DNA from: Polyangiaceae bacterium
GTDB taxonomy: Bacteria > Myxococcota_A > Polyangia > Polyangiales > Polyangiaceae
Length of the DNA stretch: 64,000 nucleotides
Assembly: GCA_035548415.1 (NCBI GenBank)
Contig: DASZTA010000046.1
Location: 27,480-91,479 of the forward strand
Reading direction: 5' to 3'
In this document: positions 58,443 through 64,000 of the stretch, piece by piece
How the letters are laid out: every line of letters starts with the position of its first letter
Position numbering within the stretch: the first letter of the stretch is position 1
Position numbers and translations under genes: made by a program
Notes under the pieces: model-generated
Seen by the model: only the letters and a program-made list of their open reading frames with translations
Databases searched by the model: none
Told to the model about the DNA's origin: nothing

Positions 58443-60830
58443 GTGGCGGATCCGTCTCCTGATTCCAGCAAAGTCGCGCGCAGCTCCTTACCTCTAGACG
58501 TATTGCAGGTGCTGTCGACGCCCGTGTGGGTGTTCGACCTGGGGCGCCGCCGCATCACCTGGGCCAACCAGGCGGGGGTCGAGTTCTGGCAGGCGAGCAG
58601 CGAGGCCGAGCTGCTCGACCGCGATTTGGCCAAGGACCTTTCGCTCGCCAGCGAAGGGCGCCTGTCGGGCTATGCGCAGCGGCTCAAGAGCGAGCCGCGC
58701 ATCACCGAGCAGTGGACGTTTTACCCGAAGAGCGGCCCCGTCACCGTGAGCTGCAGCTTTAGCTTGGCGGCTTCGAGCGGCGAGGGACCGGCTTTCTTGG
58801 TGGAGGCTCGCTCCACGGTGCCGGAGGGCGCTGGCGGTGACACCGTGCGCGCGGTCGAAGCGTTGCGCCACACCACCGCGCTGATCAGCGTCATCGACAT
58901 GGCCGGCCAGACGCTGATGGAGAACCCGGCCGCGGTTCACACCTACGGCCACCTGCTCACGCGCGAAGGCCAGCACGCCTTCACGCTGCGCTTCGCGGAC
59001 GCGGACGACGCCGCCCGCGCCTTGCACCGCGTCAGCAACGGCAAAGAGTTCGTAGAAGAGTGCTGGGTCAATACGCTCGAGGGTCAGCGCCGCCACGCCA
59101 TCGAGGCGCGCCAGACCAACGACCCGGTGACCGGCCGCCGCGCCATCCTGCTCAGCGAAATCGACGTTACCTTCCGGCACGAAGCCGAAGAGGTCGTGAG
59201 GCGCGTTTATTCCGAGCTCGAGTCGCGCGTCAAAGAGCGCACGCTCGATTTGGAGCGCCTCAACCGCGAGCTCGGTGAAGAGCGCCAGTTCGTCTCCGCG
59301 GTGGTGGAAACCGTCGGCTCGCTGTTGATCGTGGCCGATGCTTACGGCACCGCCGTGCGCGTCAACCGCGCGCTGTGTGAGCTCACCGGCTACCGCGCAG
59401 AAGAGCTCACCGGGCGCCCGCTTTGGGAAACGCTGCTCAATCCGCCCGAAGCCGAGATCGTGGAGCGAGCCTTCGCGCAGCACGGTCCCCGCTTTCACGC
59501 CATCATGCCCAAGACCATCGAGGGCATGATTCGCACCAAGACCGGCGAGCCGCGCATCGTTTCTTGGACGAACGCCGCCTTGCTCGACGCCAGTGGCTGC
59601 ACCGAATACGTGATCGGCGCCGGCGTAGACGTGACGGATCGCAAGGAGATCCAGCTGCGGCTGCAGATCAGCGATCGCATGGCCTCGATCGGTACGCTGG
59701 CGGCGGGCGTCGCTCACGGCATCAACAACCCGCTCGCCTACGTGATCGCCAATCTGGACTACGTGCGCAACAAGCTGGCCACGCCGTGGAACGAGCTGCC
59801 GCCCGAAGACGTGCGCGAGGTGCGGGAGCTGGTCGAAGAGAGCCTGGAGGGCGCCGACCGCGTCCGGCGCATCGTCGGCGATTTGCGCTCCTTCTCGCGC
59901 CAGGCCGACGACCGCGTGGCGCCGGTCGACCTGACGCAGGTCATCGAGCGAGCGCTGAACATGGCCATGAACGAGATCCGGCACCGCGCGCGTGTGGTGC
60001 TCAAGCTCGAGCCGGTGCCGCGCGTGCTCGGCACGGAGAGCAAGCTCGGGCAGGTCGTGCTCAACTTGCTCGTGAACGCCGCGCAGGCCATCGAAGCGGG
60101 CAACGTCGAGCAAAACTCAATTACCGTGCGCACGCTGCTGGACAAGCACGGCCGGCCACGGCTCGAGATTCAGGACACCGGCGTCGGCATTCCGGAAGAG
60201 TACTTGCGGCGCGTGTTCGACCCGTTCTTCACCACCAAGCCGGTGGGCGTGGGCACCGGGCTCGGCCTCAGCATCTCGCACCGTATCGTCAGCGAGTTCG
60301 GCGGCGAGATCGGCATCGAGAGCGAGCACCAGCACGGTACCTTGGTCTGGGTCGCGCTCGAAACCGCGCCGCTCGAGGTCGTTGCGCCGCCCCGGCCGCC
60401 GACGTTCCCGCCGCCTTCGGGGCGCGAGCACGCCGCGCGCATTTTGATCGTCGACGACGAACCCGCCATTTTGCGCGCGCTCAGCCGTGTGCTGGCCGGC
60501 TACCAGCTCACGCGCGCCCTCAACGGTAAAGAAGCCGTGCAGCACATCGAGCAATCGGGCCCGTTCGACGTCGTGTTCTGCGACGTGATGATGCCGGAGC
60601 TTTCGGGCATCGACGTGTACGAGCGTGCCAAAGAGGTGTGCCCCGGCCAGGAGCAGCGCATCGTGTTCATCACCGGCGGCGCCTTCACCGAGCACGCCGC
60701 GCGCTTCATCGACGCCATCGACAACCCCAAGCTGGGCAAGCCTTTCGACGCCGGCGAAGTGCGCGCGCTGGTCAAGCTGCTCACGCGCGAAGCCGTCGTC
60801 GAGCGCCCGTCTCTGCCGGCGGGCGAGTAG
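58443..60830 (+). CDS. PAS-domain hybrid sensor histidine kinase with C-terminal receiver
   Basis: PAS-like segments (VRVNRALCELTGY, GVDVTDRK), AHGINNP, NLLVNAAQA, DTGVGI, FFTTK, GTGLGL, REC (ILIVDDE, CDVMMP, KPF). Confidence 0.95.
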   Translation: MADPSPDSSKVARSSLPLDVLQVLSTPVWVFDLGRRRITWANQAGVEFWQASSEAELLDRDLAKDLSLASEGRLSGYAQRLKSEPRITEQWTFYPKSGPVTVSCSFSLAASSGEGPAFLVEARSTVPEGAGGDTVRAVEALRHTTALISVIDMAGQTLMENPAAVHTYGHLLTREGQHAFTLRFADADDAARALHRVSNGKEFVEECWVNTLEGQRRHAIEARQTNDPVTGRRAILLSEIDVTFRHEAEEVVRRVYSELESRVKERTLDLERLNRELGEERQFVSAVVETVGSLLIVADAYGTAVRVNRALCELTGYRAEELTGRPLWETLLNPPEAEIVERAFAQHGPRFHAIMPKTIEGMIRTKTGEPRIVSWTNAALLDASGCTEYVIGAGVDVTDRKEIQLRLQISDRMASIGTLAAGVAHGINNPLAYVIANLDYVRNKLATPWNELPPEDVREVRELVEESLEGADRVRRIVGDLRSFSRQADDRVAPVDLTQVIERALNMAMNEIRHRARVVLKLEPVPRVLGTESKLGQVVLNLLVNAAQAIEAGNVEQNSITVRTLLDKHGRPRLEIQDTGVGIPEEYLRRVFDPFFTTKPVGVGTGLGLSISHRIVSEFGGEIGIESEHQHGTLVWVALETAPLEVVAPPRPPTFPPPSGREHAARILIVDDEPAILRALSRVLAGYQLTRALNGKEAVQHIEQSGPFDVVFCDVMMPELSGIDVYERAKEVCPGQEQRIVFITGGAFTEHAARFIDAIDNPKLGKPFDAGEVRALVKLLTREAVVERPSLPAGE

Positions 60831-60918
60831 CCGTGCTAAACCGCTCGCACCTAGCGTGCGCAGAATTTGGCCCGCGCGCCTCCAGGCCCCGTACCATTTC
60901 ATCCTGGAGGTTCTCTGA

Positions 60919-61332
60919 ATGCGCCGCTCGACCCGCAAAGCCACTCGCCGCTCTACCCGCCACGGTGTTCGAATCGAATGCCAGGTGGTGCGCGAGCGCG
61001 ATTTCCAGCTCGTTGCCGATCGCATCGTGAACCTTTCGGCCACTGGGCTGATGGTCAGCCCCGCCGACCCGGCGCTCACCGGCGAGCGCCTGATTGTCTC
61101 TTTCCAGATCCCGCATTCGGGCCACTGGGTCGACGCCGAAGCCACCGTGGCGCGCGTCGTTCATGGTCGCCGCCCGGGCGAGCACACCCGCGGCCTGGCG
61201 CTGGAGCTGGAAAACGTCGAAGAGATCCCGCAGATGCTGCTCGGGCGCGCCCTGCGCCGCTGCCCGCCGGCTCCGCCCGGCCACCGTTCGGGTCGCCGCG
61301 GCGTGACCGCGCTTTCGGCGCTGCTCGGCTAA
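60919..61332 (+). CDS. PilZ domain protein
   Basis: GGAGG RBS; RxxxR (RRSTR) and (D/N)xSxxG (NLSATG) c-di-GMP-binding motifs. Confidence 0.88.
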   Translation: MRRSTRKATRRSTRHGVRIECQVVRERDFQLVADRIVNLSATGLMVSPADPALTGERLIVSFQIPHSGHWVDAEATVARVVHGRRPGEHTRGLALELENVEEIPQMLLGRALRRCPPAPPGHRSGRRGVTALSALLG

Positions 61333-61406
61333 GACGCGGCTTCGGTAAGCGAAGCTTGCGGTGCGGGAGACGCTAGGGGTAATTTTCGGCTGGAGGAGCT
61401 TACGCG

Positions 61407-62471
61407 ATGCGATTCTCTGCTGTGAAGGCGCTGGGCTTTGCGCCGCTCTTGGCGTTGTCTTTGACGGTTCGACCCGCCGCGGCCGACGTGCCCATCTCGG
61501 ATGAGGCGCGGCAGCACTTTCAGGCCGGCGTCGCGTACATGCAGGACCCGGACGGCGCGCGCTACGCCGAGGCCTACCAAGAGTTTTTGACCGCGTACGC
61601 CGCGTCGCCCTCGTGGAAGATCCTGGGCAACCTCGGCATCGCGGCGATGAAGCTCGAGCGCGATGGCGAAGCCGTCGAGGCGTATTCCAAGTACCTGCAA
61701 GAGGCGGGCAACGATCTGGATCCGTCGGAGCGCGAGCAAATCACGCGCGACATGAACACGCTGAAGACGAGCCTCGTCAACCTCACCATCGAGGCCACGC
61801 CGGCCGGCGCTACCATCATCGACGAGCGCATCCCCGCGACCGGTAACGCCATCGTCAATCGCTACGGTCCGGTGAACGGCCCGACCAAGATCGGCATCAA
61901 GGCCGGCAAGCACCGCCTCACCGCTCAGCTCGATGGCTACGACCCGCTGGTCTGGGAAATCAACGCGCAACCTGGTGGCGATCAGCCCCACACCTTCGAG
62001 CTGAAGAAGACGCCGCCGCCTCCGCCGCCCGGCAGCGTGATGGTCAACGGCGCGCCGGTGGATCGCCCTGCCTCGGGCCTGCGCATCGCGTCTTACGCCG
62101 CGCTCGGCGTGGGCGTCGTGGGCCTCGGCGCCGGCACGTTCTTCGCGCTGCGCTCCAAGAGCAAGCAGAACGAGCTCAAAGACTTGTGCGGCGGCAACGC
62201 CGGGCAGTGCAACATCTGGGAGGGCGACACCGCCCAGGTCAACAAGGCGCGCAGCCTCAACAACGACTCCGGTAGCGCCAAGACGATGGCTTTCGTCGGC
62301 TTCGGCGTGGGCGCCGTCGGCGTCGCGGCCGGCGTCGTCTTGTTCATCGTGAGCGGCAACAAGAGCAGCAGCGCCAGCGCCACCAGCTCGTCTCACGTCG
62401 CCAGCGCCGACAAGCCGCGAGTCATCCCGTACTTCGGCTTCGACTCGGCGGGCGTCGTCGGGCAGTTTTAA
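61407..62471 (+). CDS. Exported TPR + PEGA-like domain protein with C-terminal hydrophobic segments
   Basis: Signal peptide; ARQHFQAG..AYQEF..AY..ILGNLG TPR-like helices; IEATPAGATI..GKHRLTA PEGA-like region; two Gly-rich TM segments. Typical myxobacterial family. Confidence 0.85.
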   Translation: MRFSAVKALGFAPLLALSLTVRPAAADVPISDEARQHFQAGVAYMQDPDGARYAEAYQEFLTAYAASPSWKILGNLGIAAMKLERDGEAVEAYSKYLQEAGNDLDPSEREQITRDMNTLKTSLVNLTIEATPAGATIIDERIPATGNAIVNRYGPVNGPTKIGIKAGKHRLTAQLDGYDPLVWEINAQPGGDQPHTFELKKTPPPPPPGSVMVNGAPVDRPASGLRIASYAALGVGVVGLGAGTFFALRSKSKQNELKDLCGGNAGQCNIWEGDTAQVNKARSLNNDSGSAKTMAFVGFGVGAVGVAAGVVLFIVSGNKSSSASATSSSHVASADKPRVIPYFGFDSAGVVGQF

Positions 62472-62473
62472 GG

Positions 62474-63973
62474 CTACTCGGCCCGGGGTGTCGTTCTGCT
62501 ACTCGCGATACTCACCTGCATGTCACTAGAGCAGGTGAGCCAGGCTTCTGGTAGCGGCGTCTTACCGCGTCGTAAGTCGGTCCCAAAGCTGCCGGGCGAA
62601 ATGAGCACGCGATACGCGCGAATTCGCTGCGGGCATCGGCCGGTCGCGTCCGCGTACCGCTGGCCCACGCGTGTGAAGTAGCGCTGCCAACCTCGGCCTG
62701 AAACGCCAAAGCTCGCCATCACTTGCTCGCGGACGTTCCGTGACTCGAGCCAGCCTAGGTGCAGGCGGCCCGCATCGTCGAACGGCGGCAAAGCGTGCGC
62801 AGACCCACCTCTTGGCTCGAGCTCTAAGTACACTGCCGGCAGGCGAGAGAAGAGCTGACCGGGCCAGAGCGCGTAGTAGCGAACGTTGGCGACCGCATAG
62901 CCATAGGTACCGAGCACGGGCAGCGACGCAAGGCGCACACCTAGCTCGTAGCTTCCTCCAGCTAGCAAGGCGTAGGCGGCTTGCATCCAAGCGAAACTAA
63001 CTAAGTGGAAGACCAGAAAGGCGTTGACCAACGGCTCGCGCCAGCCTCCACGCGGACTGCTGCCGCTCTCGGAGCGCACCTGCGTCGAATCGCTCGAGCC
63101 GAGCAGGCGCTGAGCCATCGCTGAAAGCCGCGGCGTATCGTCCACGAACACGAGCAAATTGGCGACGCAAAACCATGCGAACCAACCGACTGGCAAATCG
63201 AGATCGATGACGACCAGGAAACTGAACGCAGAAACGATCGCGAACAGGCGTGTGCAGCGCCAGAGCAGGAGCAGCGGCATGGCGCATTCCCAGGCGACCA
63301 CAGCGTAGTTGAGGGCCGGGGACACGAACGGGAGCCTCGCCAACCAGGTAAAATCATGGTGGCTCAGCGCGGGATTGGCAAAGGTCATGAAAAAGCCTTT
63401 ACCGTGACGCCAGACGACATCTCCGAGCTTCGAGCTACCCGCCGTGAAGTAAAAAAAGGCGACGCTCAGCTGGGCGAGCCTCAACGGCCACGCTGGTACT
63501 TGGCCCTGCAACGAGCTTGGCCGAAAACGTCGATCCAGTGCCAGGTAGTGGCCACCGGGGAGCAACGCCATCTGAAAGGCCATGCTCGGAATGAGCCAGT
63601 CCGCCGCATGCGTTGCCAGGGGTTGCCGCAGGACCAAGAAGTAGAGACAACCCAAAAAGGCGCCAACCGTCGCTACGCGCGTAAAAAGTCCGACCAGCAT
63701 CAGTGCCGCGCTGGCACACCAGGCGACGTAGGCGACGCGGACGAGAGCCGGCGTGTAGAGCGCGGCAATCGTAGGGTTGGGGGGGCTTGGTGACTCAGTT
63801 GAGTAGAAGAACTCCACGTCGGAGTACAGCCACGCGAGCTGTATCAGAAGCACGAACGCAAACCCCACGCGCGCCAGCGCCTCCGCGCGTCCACTGCTCA
63901 GCGCGTGACGCTGTCGCCGGAGCGCTTCGAACAGGGCAGTCAGGGTACGCACGGGCCTACGAATATCACGCAA
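62474..63973 (-). CDS. HTTM-domain (vitamin K-dependent carboxylase/SdpB-like) membrane protein with extra C-terminal domain
   Basis: R.GFA..LL, LMLVGLFTR, PAWPLRLAQLSVAFFYFTAGSSKL..VVW..G, VVAWECA motifs; atypical A/T-ending codons. Confidence 0.8.
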   Translation of the reverse strand: MRDIRRPVRTLTALFEALRRQRHALSSGRAEALARVGFAFVLLIQLAWLYSDVEFFYSTESPSPPNPTIAALYTPALVRVAYVAWCASAALMLVGLFTRVATVGAFLGCLYFLVLRQPLATHAADWLIPSMAFQMALLPGGHYLALDRRFRPSSLQGQVPAWPLRLAQLSVAFFYFTAGSSKLGDVVWRHGKGFFMTFANPALSHHDFTWLARLPFVSPALNYAVVAWECAMPLLLLWRCTRLFAIVSAFSFLVVIDLDLPVGWFAWFCVANLLVFVDDTPRLSAMAQRLLGSSDSTQVRSESGSSPRGGWREPLVNAFLVFHLVSFAWMQAAYALLAGGSYELGVRLASLPVLGTYGYAVANVRYYALWPGQLFSRLPAVYLELEPRGGSAHALPPFDDAGRLHLGWLESRNVREQVMASFGVSGRGWQRYFTRVGQRYADATGRCPQRIRAYRVLISPGSFGTDLRRGKTPLPEAWLTCSSDMQVSIASSRTTPRAE

Positions 63974-64000
63974 CCAGCCCAGTAAGCCTGTTATTGGTCA

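Overview
A GC-rich, densely coded bacterial chromosome segment, most likely from a myxobacterium (Myxococcota, probably Polyangiales/Sorangiineae). This placement is inferred from a MYXO-CTERM sorting tail, many Cys/Gly-rich lipoproteins, and TSP3-OmpA, PEGA and PilZ proteins. Housekeeping genes: tyrS, proS, a metB-like PLP enzyme, a ferredoxin-type sulfite/nitrite reductase, dapD-dapE, ndk and mdh-sucC-sucD. Surface and secreted proteins: a TraB-like beta-barrel/TSP3/OmpA protein, a 1778-aa Cys-rich repeat lipoprotein, GH99-like, GH5 and GH6 glycosidases, and a triheme c-type cytochrome. There is also a sugar ABC transporter and several signalling genes (REC-EAL, NtrC-type, sensorless kinase, PAS hybrid kinase, PilZ, TetR, AraC). 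The best-supported accessory system is a complete guanidine catabolic cluster at 44051-54351: ABC importer, guanidine-II riboswitch, cgdA-cgdB, guanidine-type carboxylase and allophanate hydrolase. It carries two further structured non-coding segments that I cannot assign to a known family; the main one is a 139-nt element with a 31-bp closing stem just before the carboxylase gene. Other oddities: a mosaic intergenic repeat shared by 16.8-17.0 kb and 55.7-55.9 kb, a gene with three compensating single-base deletions, and a compositionally foreign HTTM-family gene at the right edge. I found no tRNA, rRNA, CRISPR array, transposase or integrase. All family assignments come from motif recognition by eye; no database searches were run.
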